Assembly (NCBI GenBank): GCA_903916195.1
Contig: CAIWVP010000162.1
Span: forward strand, 26,159 to 90,158
Direction of reading: 5' to 3'
DNA: 64,000 nucleotides
Origin: an uncultured Verrucomicrobiota bacterium
GTDB lineage: Bacteria; Verrucomicrobiota; Verrucomicrobiia; Limisphaerales; UBA9464
Positions 9,368-20,063 of this stretch are shown here, piece after piece. Position numbers and translations under genes: made by a program. Every line of letters starts with the position of its first letter. Within the stretch, counting starts at the first letter, position 1. The notes below the pieces were generated by a model. That model saw nothing but the letters and a program-made list of their open reading frames with translations. It was not told the DNA's origin and did not search any database.

Positions 9368-10105
9368 ATGCCCCTCATCCAGATCCATGACCTGACCCGG
9401 CGCTACGTGATGGGCACCGAGACCGTCCACGCGCTGCGCGGCGTCACGCTGACCATCGAGCGGGGCGAGTACATCGCCATCATGGGCCCGTCGGGTTCAG
9501 GCAAATCCACGCTCATGAACCTGCTCGGCTGCCTCGATTCGCCGACCAGCGGCTACTACGAACTGAACGGCGTGAACGTCGCCCACATGGACGACAACGA
9601 TCTCGCGGAGGTCCGCAACCGGGAGATCGGCTTCGTCTTCCAGAGCTTCAACCTGCTCGCGCGGTCGGATTCGCTGCACAACGTCGAGCTACCGCTGATC
9701 TACGCCGGCCTCCCGTCGGCCGAGCGCCGCGAGCAGGCCGTCCGGGCGCTCACCAACGTCGGCCTCGGCGACCGCATGCACCACAGGCCGAACGAGCTCT
9801 CCGGCGGCCAGCGGCAACGCGTCGCGGTCGCCCGCGCACTGGTGAACGACCCCAGCATCGTCCTGGCCGACGAACCGACGGGCAACCTCGACTCGCGGAC
9901 CGGCGAGGAGATCCTCGGGCTCTTCGAAGCGCTGTCGCGCAAGGGCAACACCATCATCGTCGTCACCCACGAGGAGGAGGTCGCCCAGCACGCCCGGCGG
10001 ATCATCCGCATCCGCGACGGCCTGATCGCGGCGGACGAGGTGAACCCGAACCCGCGCGCGGCCATGAAATTCGCGGCCGGCGGCACCAGCATGGTCGCGG
10101 CATGA
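9368..10105 (+). CDS. ABC transporter ATP-binding protein (MacB/LolD-like)
   Basis: Walker [10 protein letters not shown], signature LSGGQRQR and Walker B IVLADEPT. Confidence 0.9.
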   Translation: MPLIQIHDLTRRYVMGTETVHALRGVTLTIERGEYIAIMGPSGSGKSTLMNLLGCLDSPTSGYYELNGVNVAHMDDNDLAEVRNREIGFVFQSFNLLARSDSLHNVELPLIYAGLPSAERREQAVRALTNVGLGDRMHHRPNELSGGQRQRVAVARALVNDPSIVLADEPTGNLDSRTGEEILGLFEALSRKGNTIIVVTHEEEVAQHARRIIRIRDGLIAADEVNPNPRAAMKFAAGGTSMVAA

Positions 10106-11325
10106 CCCTCCTCTCCGAGTTCAAGGAGTCGGCGTTCATCGCCTGGACCGCGCTGCGGGCGAACAAGCTGCGCGCCGGGCTCACCACGCTGGGCATCGTC
10201 ATCGGCATCGTCTCCGTCACGCTGATGGGCACGGCGATCACCGGCCTGAACGACGCGTTCCGCAAGAGCGTCGGGAACATCGGCGCCGATACCTTGTACA
10301 TCCAGCGGTTCTCTTGGATGACCAGCGAGACCGATTGGCGGCTATCGCGCAACCGCAAGGAGCTCACCCTGCAGAACGTCCGCGACCTCGACCGGTTGGT
10401 CACGCTGTGCTCCGCGGTCAGCGTCGATTCCGGCGGCAACGGCACGGTCTCGTTCGGCCGCCGTCAGGCCCGCGGCGTCTACGTGGCCGGCAACGACGAG
10501 AACAGCCTCACCGTGCGCGGGCTCTCGCTCTCGCAAGGACGGTGGCTCACCGCCGGCGACGTCCAATCAGGCCGCCCGGTGTGCGTGCTGGGGAGCTATC
10601 TGGCGGAACGGTTCTTCCCCGGCCGCGAAGCCATCGGCGGCAAGGTGAAGCTGAACGACATGCGGCTCGAGGTCGTCGGCGTGCTGGACAAGCAAGGGAG
10701 CGCCTTCGGCAACGACCTCGACAACCAGATCGTCATCCCCATCACGCGGTTCAACCAAGATTTCAGCCGCTGGCCGGACCTCACCATCACCGCCAAGGTG
10801 CGGGACCTTTCCCAGGTCGACGACGCCCGCGAGGAGCTGCGAGGCATCATGCGGAAGCTCCGGCGCGTCCCGCCGGATTTCCCGGACGACTTCGCCATCA
10901 ACTCCCAGGAGGCGATCGTGGCCTTCTTCAACGCCGTCGGCGGCACCATCGCCGCCGTCGGGTTGTTCATCAGCGGGCTGTCGCTGTTCGTCGGAGGCAT
11001 CGGCATCATGAACATCATGTTCGTGAGCGTGGCCGAGCGGACCAAGGAGATCGGCATCCGCAAGGCCATCGGCGCGAAACGGCGGACCATCCTCGTCCAG
11101 TTCCTGGTCGAGGCCGCCACCATCACGCTCGGCGCGGGCATCCTCGGGATCCTCGTCGCGTGGCCGCTGACGCTGGTGGTCGACAAGTTCCTCGCGGCCT
11201 CGATGCCGTGGTGGCTGGTGGCGGTGGCGCTGCTGGTGTCGGTGCTGACCGGCGTCGTCAGCGGGTTCCTGCCGGCGTGGCGGGCCGCGAGGATGGATCC
11301 GGTGGACGCCTTGAGGGCCGATTGA
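10102..11325 (+). CDS. ABC transporter permease (MacB periplasmic domain + FtsX)
   Basis: 407 aa. ATGA overlap with the ATPase stop. Has the FtsX-type C-terminal TM bundle ([14 protein letters not shown]). Confidence 0.85.
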   Translation: MTLLSEFKESAFIAWTALRANKLRAGLTTLGIVIGIVSVTLMGTAITGLNDAFRKSVGNIGADTLYIQRFSWMTSETDWRLSRNRKELTLQNVRDLDRLVTLCSAVSVDSGGNGTVSFGRRQARGVYVAGNDENSLTVRGLSLSQGRWLTAGDVQSGRPVCVLGSYLAERFFPGREAIGGKVKLNDMRLEVVGVLDKQGSAFGNDLDNQIVIPITRFNQDFSRWPDLTITAKVRDLSQVDDAREELRGIMRKLRRVPPDFPDDFAINSQEAIVAFFNAVGGTIAAVGLFISGLSLFVGGIGIMNIMFVSVAERTKEIGIRKAIGAKRRTILVQFLVEAATITLGAGILGILVAWPLTLVVDKFLAASMPWWLVAVALLVSVLTGVVSGFLPAWRAARMDPVDALRAD

Positions 11326-11419
11326 GGATGAACCACGCGGTCACCAGATCTCCGGAATCTCACGGCCGTCGGCCCGGGGCCGTCGCTCCCGCGCCTGGCA
11401 CGGGACCCACCCCTTCCCC

Positions 11420-12673
11420 ATGAAGCGCCTCAACCTCTTCTCCGAGCTGCGCGAGGCCTTCGCCATGGCCATCAACGCCATCGCCGCGCACAAGCTCCGC
11501 TCGTCGCTGACCCTGCTCGGCATCCTCATCGGCGTGTTCAGCATCATCGTGGTGATGACGGCCATCCGGGCGCTCCAGGGCAACATCGAGAGCAACATGC
11601 AGCAGCTGGGCAGCGACACCTTCCAGATGCAGCGGTTCCCGGCCATCCGCGTGGACGACGACTCGGAGTCGATGGACAAATATTTCCGCAGGAAACGGTT
11701 CTACTACCCCGACGCCGCGTCCATCCGGGAACGGGCGACGCTGGCGAAGAGCGTGGGCGTGAGCGCCGACGCCGATGTCGGCGCGGTCGCGTCGCGTTTC
11801 CGGAAGACCAACCCGAGCATCTCCTTCCGCGGCATGAGCCCCGAGGCGTTCGAGACCCAGAACTATTCCGTCGCCGAAGGACGTCCGTTCGTGGAGAGCG
11901 ACATGTCGGGGTCGCGCAACGTGGCGGTGCTGGGCGCGGACGTGGCCAAGAAGCTGTTCCCGTTCGGGTCGCCGCTGGGCGAGTGGGTCCAGTTCAAGGG
12001 CGTGAAGTACAACGTCGTCGGCGTGCTCGAGCCCAAGGGCAGCATGTTCGGCCGGAGCCAGGACGAGTTCATGGTCGTGCCCATCACCACCGTGCTGAAC
12101 CGTTACGGCCGCGAGACCTCGCTCCGGATCCAGGTCCAGGCGCACAGCCAATCGGTCTACCCGGACACGTTGGAACAGGTCCGAGGCATCCTCCGGGCGT
12201 TGCGGAAGGTGCCGCCCGGCGAGGAGGACGACTTCGAGATCGTCTCCAACGATTCGTTGATCAAGCAGTTCCGCACCATCACGCTGGCCGTCCGCGCCGG
12301 CGCCGGGGTCATCGCCAGCATCGCGCTCGTCGCCGCCGGCATCGGCATCATGAACATCATGCTGGTGAGCGTGACCGAACGGACCAAGGAGATCGGCATC
12401 CGCCGCGCCATCGGGGCCAAGAAGAGGAACATCATGACGCAGTTCATCCTCGAGGCGGTCGTGCTCAGCGAGATCGGCGGGATCATCGGCATCGTGCTCG
12501 GCATCGTGGCGGGCAACCTCGCCGCCGCCGCGCTCAACACGCCGCCGGTGTTCCCGTGGGATTGGGCCCTCATCGGTCTCGCCGTCTGCTCGGTCGTCGG
12601 CATCGCCTTCGGCACCTACCCGGCCTGGAAAGCCGCCAACCTCGATCCCATCGAGTCGCTGCGGTACGAGTGA
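11420..12673 (+). CDS. ABC transporter permease (second MacB_PCD/FtsX paralogue)
   Basis: 417 aa. [14 protein letters not shown] motif, same architecture as the preceding gene. Confidence 0.85.
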   Translation: MKRLNLFSELREAFAMAINAIAAHKLRSSLTLLGILIGVFSIIVVMTAIRALQGNIESNMQQLGSDTFQMQRFPAIRVDDDSESMDKYFRRKRFYYPDAASIRERATLAKSVGVSADADVGAVASRFRKTNPSISFRGMSPEAFETQNYSVAEGRPFVESDMSGSRNVAVLGADVAKKLFPFGSPLGEWVQFKGVKYNVVGVLEPKGSMFGRSQDEFMVVPITTVLNRYGRETSLRIQVQAHSQSVYPDTLEQVRGILRALRKVPPGEEDDFEIVSNDSLIKQFRTITLAVRAGAGVIASIALVAAGIGIMNIMLVSVTERTKEIGIRRAIGAKKRNIMTQFILEAVVLSEIGGIIGIVLGIVAGNLAAAALNTPPVFPWDWALIGLAVCSVVGIAFGTYPAWKAANLDPIESLRYE

Positions 12674-12851
12674 TGGACCGCGCGGAGTCGAGGGTGCCGA
12701 TCGACCAACGAATCTCCCCGCGGTGAGCGACCGCGTCCGGCCAGTTCACGTCCGTGGCTCCGCCCGTCGCAGGCGCCGCGCCCGGAAAGTTTCCCTGTCG
12801 CGGCCCTGCACTGTCGCTAGCTTCGCCCACGCGACCTGTCACCGCCCTGAG

Positions 12852-15800
12852 ATGAAGCTCAAGCTCCTGATCCCGTTCCTGCTGGTGTTGTGCTCCGGGC
12901 CTCTGCTCCGGGCGGACCGGCCGGTCGCGGTCTTCTTGGAGTTGGAAGGGCCGTCGGTCGCCGAGCTCGACCTCGCCGCCGCCGAGCACACCGGCGCCCG
13001 ACCGGCGGTGATGCCGACGCCTTCTTCCGACCGTCTCGCCGCGATCCGCCGACAACAGGCCGAGTTGGAGCCTTTGCTCGCCCCTCTGGAGGCGAAGATC
13101 ACCGGCCGCTTCGGCATCTTGGTGAATGCCGTCCGCGTCCGCGTGCTGGAATCGCGGATCCCGGCGTTATCGGCGTTGCCCGGCGTCGTCCGCGTCCAAC
13201 GCGTCCACCGGTACAAACCGGACCTGGAATCGAGCGTGCCCTGGATCGGCGCACCGGCGGCATGGGCCGGGACCGTGGGCGGCCTCACCGGCACCGGTAT
13301 CCGCATCGGGATCATCGATTCCGGTATCGATTACTATCACGCCGACTTCGGCGGACGCGGACGCGCCGCGGACCATGAGAACGACGATCCGAAGGTGATC
13401 GAACCCGGCTCGTTCCCGACGACGAAGGTCGTCGGGGGCACCGATTTTGTCGGCGACGACTACGACGCCGGCGACACCGCGAAGGACACGCCGGTCCCCG
13501 ATCCGGATCCGCTCGACACGAAGGAGCACGGCCATGGCACGCACGTCGCGGGCATCGCGGCGGGCCTGGGTGTGCTGGCCGACGGCAGCACCTACACCGG
13601 CGCGCACGACAGCAAGGTCGATTTCACCCGGTTCAAGATCGGGCCCGGGGTCGCGCCCGATGCGAAGCTGTATGCGCTGAAGGTCTTCGGCCGTTCCGGC
13701 TCCACCGATGCCGTGACCGACGCGCTCGACTGGGCGGCCGACCCCGACGACGACGGCCGGACCACCGACCATCTGGACGTGGTGAACCTCTCTCTGGGCG
13801 GCGATTTTGGATCCTACGACGCGGCCGATGTCGAGCTCAAGGCGGTCGACCGCTTGGCGCGGCTCGGCTGTGTCGTCGTCGTCTCCGCGGGGAACGCGGG
13901 CGACACCCACTACATCCTCGGCAGCCCCGGGCTCGCTCCTCGTGCCATCACGGTCGCCAACTCGATCGACAACGGCACGAGCACCCTGGACCTGCGGGTG
14001 CTCTCCCCGGCTTCGATCGCGACCCATTACCCCGCCGTCGAGGGCGCGGCCACCGTCACCGCACCGCTCGCCGAGGTCGGACCCAAGACGGCCCAGGTCG
14101 TGGCCACCTCGCCGGCCGACGCCTGCGGGACGCTCTCCAACACCGCCGCGCTCAAAGGCAAGATCGCCCTGATCGACCGCGGGGATTGCCTGTTCGCCGA
14201 CAAGATCGCCAAGGCCCAGGCCGCCGGATCGATCGGCATCATCATGGTCAACAACCAGGACGGGCCGCCGATCCCGATGGGCGGCAAGGCCACCGAACCG
14301 ATCACCATCCCGGGCGTGATGATCTCGAAGGCCGATGGAGCCTTGCTGCGCGCCCATCTGATCGATGGCGTCACGGCCACGCTTTCCAGCGCCATCGTCA
14401 CCGTCCATCCGGAACTGGCCGACCAGATCGAGGAGAGCAGTTCCCGTGGACCTACCTATCCGGACAACCGGTTGAAGCCCGACCTCGCCGCGCCCGGCAC
14501 GTCGATCCGTTCGGCGGAAGCGGGCGGAGGTTCATCCGGCGTGGTGAACAGCGGCACGTCGATGTCGGCACCGCACGTCTCCGGGGCCGCGGCGCTGCTG
14601 AAGCAGGCACATCCGAACTGGCCGGTCGACGACATCAAGGCCGCGTTGATGGGCACGACGGTCATCCTCCACGATGCGGGCGGACATCTGTATCCCAAGT
14701 CCCGCGCCGGCGCCGGCCGGCTCCAGGTGGACGCCGCGGCGGCGACCGCGGTGGTGGCAAAGGCGGACAACTCGCTGGGCGAGGTCTCCATCTCCTTCGG
14801 TCTCCACGAGCTGTCGGGACCGCTCTCGCTCAACCGTTCGGTGAGGGTGGTCAACCACGGCGGATCGCCGGTCACGTTGGACCTGACCGTGGCGACCTCC
14901 GTCGCGGAACCGGGCATCACGCTCACGCCGTCGGTCCCCACCCTCACCGTCCCGGCGAACGGCGCGACGAGCGTCGTGTTCCGGCTCGATGCCGATCCTT
15001 CCAGATTCGTCCGTACCCGCGATCTCACGGCGGTCGCCGACATCGGCGGCGTGCCGCGTCCCCAGTTGCCGGAATCGAGCGGCGACATCTGGCTGCGCGG
15101 GGGCGGCGCATCGCTGCACGTCCCCTGGCACATCGTCGCCCGGGCGGCGTCACAGAGGGCCGTGACCGCGACCCACGTCGGTCTTCCGGCCGGCCCGACC
15201 GGCACGCTCACCTTGCCCGGCCGCGGCCCCAGCGCCCATTCCGCGCCGCTGGTCGCGGCGTTCCAATTGGGCCTCGCCAAGGCACCGGTGGCCTTCACCC
15301 CGCTCGGTGCCTCGACCGATGTGCTCGCCATCGGCGCCGCCAGCGACATCGCCACCGCCGGCACGATGGCGTCCACCACGCTCTATTTCGGCATCGCAAC
15401 CGCCGGCCGTTGGTCGACGCCGAACCGCGCGGCGAACGACTTGGACGTGGAGATCGACCTCGACGGCGACAACATGGCGGATTTCACGCTCATCAACGGG
15501 AACACCGGCACGTTCGGCGTCGGCGACGTCGATTCCTACGGCGACTCGACCGATGCGCTGGAGACCGTCGTCCGCGACGAGGCCACCGGCGACCTCGTCG
15601 GGAGCCATCCGCTCGACCTCTTCGGCGCGGGGCCGCACGACGCGGCGCTCTTCGCGAACGGCGTGATGGTCCACTCCGCCGCGGCCACCGATATCGGGCT
15701 CTCGGCGACACGGACGCGCTTCCGTTATCGGGTGCTCACCCGCGGGGAGTTCTATGACACGACCGATTGGGTGGTCTTCGACGCCGCCAAGCCGGTGATC

Positions 15801-16364
15801 GACACGACCTCGGCCGGGATCGAGCGCACGCCGTACTTCGACGAGGCGTCGGGCGTGACCCTCGGATTCGACCGCGCCAACGCCGAGGCGGGCGGCTTCA
15901 CCGAAGTGGTCCCGCCCCGGGCGCTGTTGATCCACATCCACAACCTGAGCGGCGAGCACGCGGACGTCGTCCGCCTCGACCTCGCGACGCCCGACGTGGA
16001 CGCCGATGGCATGGACGACGGATGGGAGCTGGCGCACTTCGGCGACCTCTCCCACACCGGCGCGGAGGACTCCGACGGCGACGGGGCGACCGACCGGCAG
16101 GAATTCCTCGCCGGCTCCGACCCGTCCGATCCGGCCACGGCGTTCCGGTTGTCGGCGCAGCCGGCCACGTCGTCGGCCGGCACGACCCGGCTCCGCTGGC
16201 CCAGCACGGCCGGCCGCACCTACGCGGTCGAGCGCGCCGCGCGGTTGCCGGGGCCGTTCACGGTCGTGCGCACCGGCATCCGGGCCACACCGCCGCAGAA
16301 TGAATCCGACGACCTCGCCCCGACCGGCGACGCCACCGTCTTCTACCGCATCCGGATCGAGTGA
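12852..16364 (+). CDS. Secreted subtilisin-like S8 serine protease with PA-domain insert and long C-terminal extension
   Basis: ATG 12852 gives the signal peptide MKLKLLIPFLLVLCSGPLLRA. Catalytic motifs are IIDSGID, HGTHVAG and GTSMSAPHVSG. The PA-like insert is KGKIALIDRGDCLF. The tail has Asp-rich DxDxDG calcium-type repeats and ends ...VFYRIRIE. Confidence 0.85.
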   Translation: MKLKLLIPFLLVLCSGPLLRADRPVAVFLELEGPSVAELDLAAAEHTGARPAVMPTPSSDRLAAIRRQQAELEPLLAPLEAKITGRFGILVNAVRVRVLESRIPALSALPGVVRVQRVHRYKPDLESSVPWIGAPAAWAGTVGGLTGTGIRIGIIDSGIDYYHADFGGRGRAADHENDDPKVIEPGSFPTTKVVGGTDFVGDDYDAGDTAKDTPVPDPDPLDTKEHGHGTHVAGIAAGLGVLADGSTYTGAHDSKVDFTRFKIGPGVAPDAKLYALKVFGRSGSTDAVTDALDWAADPDDDGRTTDHLDVVNLSLGGDFGSYDAADVELKAVDRLARLGCVVVVSAGNAGDTHYILGSPGLAPRAITVANSIDNGTSTLDLRVLSPASIATHYPAVEGAATVTAPLAEVGPKTAQVVATSPADACGTLSNTAALKGKIALIDRGDCLFADKIAKAQAAGSIGIIMVNNQDGPPIPMGGKATEPITIPGVMISKADGALLRAHLIDGVTATLSSAIVTVHPELADQIEESSSRGPTYPDNRLKPDLAAPGTSIRSAEAGGGSSGVVNSGTSMSAPHVSGAAALLKQAHPNWPVDDIKAALMGTTVILHDAGGHLYPKSRAGAGRLQVDAAAATAVVAKADNSLGEVSISFGLHELSGPLSLNRSVRVVNHGGSPVTLDLTVATSVAEPGITLTPSVPTLTVPANGATSVVFRLDADPSRFVRTRDLTAVADIGGVPRPQLPESSGDIWLRGGGASLHVPWHIVARAASQRAVTATHVGLPAGPTGTLTLPGRGPSAHSAPLVAAFQLGLAKAPVAFTPLGASTDVLAIGAASDIATAGTMASTTLYFGIATAGRWSTPNRAANDLDVEIDLDGDNMADFTLINGNTGTFGVGDVDSYGDSTDALETVVRDEATGDLVGSHPLDLFGAGPHDAALFANGVMVHSAAATDIGLSATRTRFRYRVLTRGEFYDTTDWVVFDAAKPVIDTTSAGIERTPYFDEASGVTLGFDRANAEAGGFTEVVPPRALLIHIHNLSGEHADVVRLDLATPDVDADGMDDGWELAHFGDLSHTGAEDSDGDGATDRQEFLAGSDPSDPATAFRLSAQPATSSAGTTRLRWPSTAGRTYAVERAARLPGPFTVVRTGIRATPPQNESDDLAPTGDATVFYRIRIE

Positions 16365-16457
16365 AGCCGATAGGGCGGAGCCGTCTCGGATCGGGTCCCT
16401 TCCACGATCAGGCGACTGCATCAGGCCGCTGACACCGGAAAACCGTTGCGAAGACCG

Positions 16458-17054
16458 ATGAAGCGGTCTGGATTGGGCGTGATGCTTCTGTTCCGCGAGC
16501 GGATCCCGGCCGATTGGCTGCCCAAGGTGAAGGCAAACCTTCCGGCCGTGCTGGTGGACCATGCCCATCTGGAGCGCAAGGCCGCGACGACCGCGCTGAA
16601 CCTCGAGAAGTTCCGCCAGCTCTTCGGCCAGGTGCATGAGCTGAACGCCATCGCCATCGAGGAGTTGCAGCACTTCGAATTGGTGCTCCAGCTGCTCCGT
16701 CGCCGCGGCATCCCTTTCACCGAACCGCGTCCGAGCGCTTGGATCAAAGGCCTGATGAGGGCCGTGCGCGGCGGTATCCAAGGCCAGGTGATCGACCACC
16801 TTCTCTGCTGCGCGCTGATCGAGGCCCGGAGCTGCGAGAAGTTCCAGGTGCTCGGCGAAGCCTTGGAAGGTGACGACCCGGAGCTGGCGTCATTCTATCG
16901 CAGCTTGGTCGAATCGGAAGGCAACCACTACGCGACCTATCTGATCATGGCGCGCCATATCGACCTGGAGGAGACCGATCGCCGCCTGGATTGGTTCCTC
17001 GACCTCGACGCAGAGCTCATGCGCCAACCCAATCCGGAACCGATCCTGCACTGA
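16458..17054 (+). CDS. miaE: tRNA-(ms2io6A37)-hydroxylase MiaE (ferritin-like di-iron)
   Basis: VDHAHLERKAA, EELQHFELV, IEARSCEKF and SEGNHY match the short bacterial MiaE di-iron motifs. The ATG at 16458 is preferred over the TTG at 16446. Confidence 0.85.
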   Translation: MKRSGLGVMLLFRERIPADWLPKVKANLPAVLVDHAHLERKAATTALNLEKFRQLFGQVHELNAIAIEELQHFELVLQLLRRRGIPFTEPRPSAWIKGLMRAVRGGIQGQVIDHLLCCALIEARSCEKFQVLGEALEGDDPELASFYRSLVESEGNHYATYLIMARHIDLEETDRRLDWFLDLDAELMRQPNPEPILH

Positions 17055-17170
17055 GGCGCGGGCACGAAACCGGGACCATGCGACCGGAAACCGGCTCTGC
17101 GGTGGACGCCGATCGCCCTGCCTTCAACGGCTCGGTCGCGGATCGTGCGGAAGAACGATCTTCGCGCGGA

Positions 17171-17620
17171 TCACCAGAGGAACGAGCGCTGCTCGGCGAT
17201 CTCGGTGTCGCCGTCGAGCAAGGTCGCGCGCCAGGCCTGCACATTGCCGGCTTTGCGATAGGTCTCGGCATCGAGCGAGAGCCCCGTCCAGCCGCCGGAC
17301 TTCGCCGACACCGGGGTCTCAAGGACGATGGGTGCGACACCGGCGCGTTCCGAGGTGCGGAGCTGGAGGCGGAGGCGGAGCTTTGTCGCGGCGGCGCCGC
17401 GGACCTTCCAATGGATGTCGTAGCGGATGCCGCCGACGCGCTCCGGATGCTTGCGGAGCTCGGCCTGGTAGGCGTCGCGCTCGAACAAGCTCGGGGACAG
17501 CGAATGCCGCCCGGCCTTGTCCAGCAGATGCGGCAGGACTTTGACGACCTTGCCCTCGGCCGCGGCCATGAGCCGGACGGCGAAAAGAGCGGACAGGAGG
17601 ACCAGGGAAATCCGGGACAT
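17171..17620 (-). CDS. Secreted hypothetical protein (149 aa)
   Basis: Signal peptide MSRISLVLLSALFAVRLMAAA. Balanced composition. Separated by 3 bp from the upstream minus-strand gene. Confidence 0.55.
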   Translation of the reverse strand: MSRISLVLLSALFAVRLMAAAEGKVVKVLPHLLDKAGRHSLSPSLFERDAYQAELRKHPERVGGIRYDIHWKVRGAAATKLRLRLQLRTSERAGVAPIVLETPVSAKSGGWTGLSLDAETYRKAGNVQAWRATLLDGDTEIAEQRSFLW

Positions 17621-17623
17621 GGT

Positions 17624-18760
17624 TCAGAATCCACGCGAAGGCAGCGGCAGGATGCCGGGCTGCGGTTTCATGATGGGAGCGGTCGACCGGTTCGGCGAGA
17701 CCTGGCTCGGGGCCGGGTTGAACAGGCCGGAACTGAGCGACGGAAGGGGTGTGGCGGAAGGGGAGCCGAAGGTCTTCTGCGCCGACACCGGGCTCGCGAA
17801 CGAAGCGGCGGAGGCCGAGGACGGGGTGTTGTCGAGAATCGCTTGGAACTGCTGGGCACGGGTGGTGCGAGGCGCACCGAATTCGCCGTAGGGATTCGCT
17901 CCAGAACTGGCGCCGGGACTGGCGCCGGGGCTCGCGCGGCCGGGACCCGATGTCGCCGCTCCGGTGGGCGCGCCGATCATCTGGTCGACCCGGTCCGCGG
18001 ACGCCGAGCGGCGGAAGCCGTCCGGATCGGTGTTCGAGGGCACGTTGAGGAGGCCCGTCGGCGCCTCGCCGGATGCCGGAGACTGGAACGCGCTGGACGG
18101 ATCGCTGAAGATGGCCCGGCCGAAACCGCCAGCGGACGGCGTGGTTCCGGGGCCTCCGTCCTGGATGGACGCATCGCTTTTCCCATAACGGGATCCCGGA
18201 CGGTCGTCGACCCTCTCCAGGTCGCCGTCCGACGAGCCTTTGCGCCCTCCCAGCAGGCCCTGCTGTTTCCGGGTCGGATCCTGTCTGCGGCCGCGGTCGA
18301 GGTCTTCTTCCGCTTGGAGCTGCTTCTCGAACTCCGACTTCGGCCGGTCCGATCGCGGCTCGCCCTTGCCCTTGTCGTTCGCGTTCGCGGCTTCCTTGTC
18401 CTTCCGCTCGGAGGCCTTCTCTTGGGCGGTGGCCATCCAATTGCGCTTCTTGTCCTGCGCCTCCATCAGGCCCTTCCTCGTCTTGGCGTCGAGCTTCCGG
18501 GATTCCTGGCCGCTTCCCGATGGCGGGAGGTCGAAGCCCGGCAGATCCGCCTTGGGCCGCGGGCCGAAGAGCCGGTCGAGCTCCGATCCAGTCTCAGAGG
18601 GCTTGAGCGGCGCGAGCGAGGATTCGTTCTTCTCGGTCGGTGCGATGATGTTGGCGCGGACGGCTTTGTCGGCGCGAGCCGGCGCGAGCGCCAAGAGTCC
18701 GGCCACGGCCAGCACGGCCGGCGTGCGCGCGTCGCGGAGGGAGGCGATGGTCCAGTGCAT
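17624..18760 (-). CDS. Secreted low-complexity / disordered hypothetical protein (378 aa)
   Basis: Signal peptide ...AVLAVAGLLALAPARA. Lys/Glu-rich and Ser/Pro/Gly-rich tracts would be unusual for a shadow frame in GC-rich DNA. Confidence 0.5.
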   Translation of the reverse strand: MHWTIASLRDARTPAVLAVAGLLALAPARADKAVRANIIAPTEKNESSLAPLKPSETGSELDRLFGPRPKADLPGFDLPPSGSGQESRKLDAKTRKGLMEAQDKKRNWMATAQEKASERKDKEAANANDKGKGEPRSDRPKSEFEKQLQAEEDLDRGRRQDPTRKQQGLLGGRKGSSDGDLERVDDRPGSRYGKSDASIQDGGPGTTPSAGGFGRAIFSDPSSAFQSPASGEAPTGLLNVPSNTDPDGFRRSASADRVDQMIGAPTGAATSGPGRASPGASPGASSGANPYGEFGAPRTTRAQQFQAILDNTPSSASAASFASPVSAQKTFGSPSATPLPSLSSGLFNPAPSQVSPNRSTAPIMKPQPGILPLPSRGF

Positions 18761-18803
18761 GTGTCCTCGTTAGCGGAGCGGGAGGGCTTCGTCAAAGACG
18801 CGT

Positions 18804-19847
18804 TCAGCCCCAACGTGTCATGAGAGTCCGCGCCACCTCGATGAAGGCCCGGGCCGCCGGGCTGTCCGGGGCGGAGACGACGACCGGCACACCTGCGTCG
18901 CCGCCTTCGCGGATGGCCGTGAAGAGCGGCACCTCGCCGAGGAACGGCACGCCCTTGCGCGCCGCTTCCGCCTTGCCGCCGCCGTGGCCGAAGATCTCGA
19001 CCCGCGAGCCGTCCGGCGCGGTGAAGTAGCTCATGTTCTCGATGAGCCCGAGGATCGGGACGTCCACCTTCTCGAACATCGCGACGCCTTTGCGCACGAC
19101 GCCGAGCGACGCCTCCTGCGGCGTGGTGACGATGACGCCGCCGTCGAGCGGCACGGTCTGGCAGAGCGAGAGCTGGGCATCGCCGGTGCCGGGCGGCATG
19201 TCGACGAGCAAGAAATCGAGCGTGCCCCAGTCGACCTGGTGGATGAACTGCTGGATGGTCTTCTGGATCATCGGCCCACGCCAGATCACCGGCTGGTCGT
19301 CACCGATGAGGAATCCCATGCTCATGAGCTTCACTCCGTGGGCGACGGGAGGGATGAGCTTCTCGTCAGCGGTCAGGCCGGGGCGTTCGTTGAGGCCCAT
19401 CATCAGGGGGATGCTCGGGCCGTAGATGTCGCAATCGAGCAGACCGACGGTGGCGCCGAGATGCTGGAGCGCGCAGGCGAGGTTGACGGCGCAGGTGGAT
19501 TTGCCCACGCCGCCCTTGCCGGAGGCGACGGCGACCACGCGAGCGAGCCCTGGGATCTTGTTCTTGAGAGCGGTCCCCGGTGCCGCCGCAGCGGCCTGCT
19601 GCGCGGACGGCACCCGCACCTGCACATGGGCGTCGGTGAGGCCTTCGATGCGGTCGCGCAAAGCCAACCGCGCCGCTTCGGCGATCTGGTCACCAAGCTC
19701 GGGGTTCGGCGTCGTGAGCTCGATGAGCACGCCGACGGCGGCACCGTCGATCTGGATCTCTTTGACGAGGCCGAACGACACGATGTCGCGGCTGTAACCG
19801 GGGTATTTGACCGTCTTCAGGACGGCGAGGACTGCTTCTTGGGTCAT
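18804..19847 (-). CDS. apbC: Fe-S cluster carrier ATPase Mrp/ApbC (NBP35 family)
   Basis: N-terminal DUF59-like MTQEAVLAVLKTVKYPGYSRDIVSFGLV. Deviant Walker A SGKGGVGKST. ATG 19847 is chosen over the longer track ORF. Confidence 0.85.
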   Translation of the reverse strand: MTQEAVLAVLKTVKYPGYSRDIVSFGLVKEIQIDGAAVGVLIELTTPNPELGDQIAEAARLALRDRIEGLTDAHVQVRVPSAQQAAAAAPGTALKNKIPGLARVVAVASGKGGVGKSTCAVNLACALQHLGATVGLLDCDIYGPSIPLMMGLNERPGLTADEKLIPPVAHGVKLMSMGFLIGDDQPVIWRGPMIQKTIQQFIHQVDWGTLDFLLVDMPPGTGDAQLSLCQTVPLDGGVIVTTPQEASLGVVRKGVAMFEKVDVPILGLIENMSYFTAPDGSRVEIFGHGGGKAEAARKGVPFLGEVPLFTAIREGGDAGVPVVVSAPDSPAARAFIEVARTLMTRWG

Positions 19848-20030
19848 GGACTGGAGGAACGGCGTTCGGCCGGGCATGAGCTTACCGGGCAAGCATGTGC
19901 ACCGCAACCAACCCGTTCCAATTGTGTCGGAACCCCGTGAGAGCGTCCTCCTGGGGTCGGGGCTGCCGACAGCGGACCCTTGATCCGGCGTAGTCCCATC
20001 GGCTCTGTGGTAAATTGATCCGGAAGACAG

Positions 20031-20063
20031 AAAAAAAGGAACCGAGCCGCCAAAGCTCCGGTT
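20031..20063 (-). terminator. Intrinsic terminator (8-bp stem with one bulge, 7-nt loop, CC + T7 on the minus strand)
   Basis: Minus strand reads AACCGGAGC-TTTGGCG-GCTCGGTT-CC-TTTTTTT. A T7 run is conspicuous in this GC-rich DNA. The plus-strand reading also ends in TTTTATTGCTTTCC, so it may be bidirectional. Confidence 0.6.

Noticed and set aside
6034-9378. 1114-aa minus-strand ORF
   Set aside because: It spans the heme-protein gene, a hairpin-rich spacer and the HlyD-family adaptor on the opposite strand. This is a typical stop-poor antisense frame of GC-rich DNA.
16991-18823. 610-aa plus-strand ORF
   Set aside because: It has no signal peptide or domain and an Arg/Gly/Ala-rich composition. 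The two minus-strand ORFs beneath it have signal peptides and Lys/Glu-rich tracts that are unlikely in a shadow frame. This is a moderate-confidence choice.
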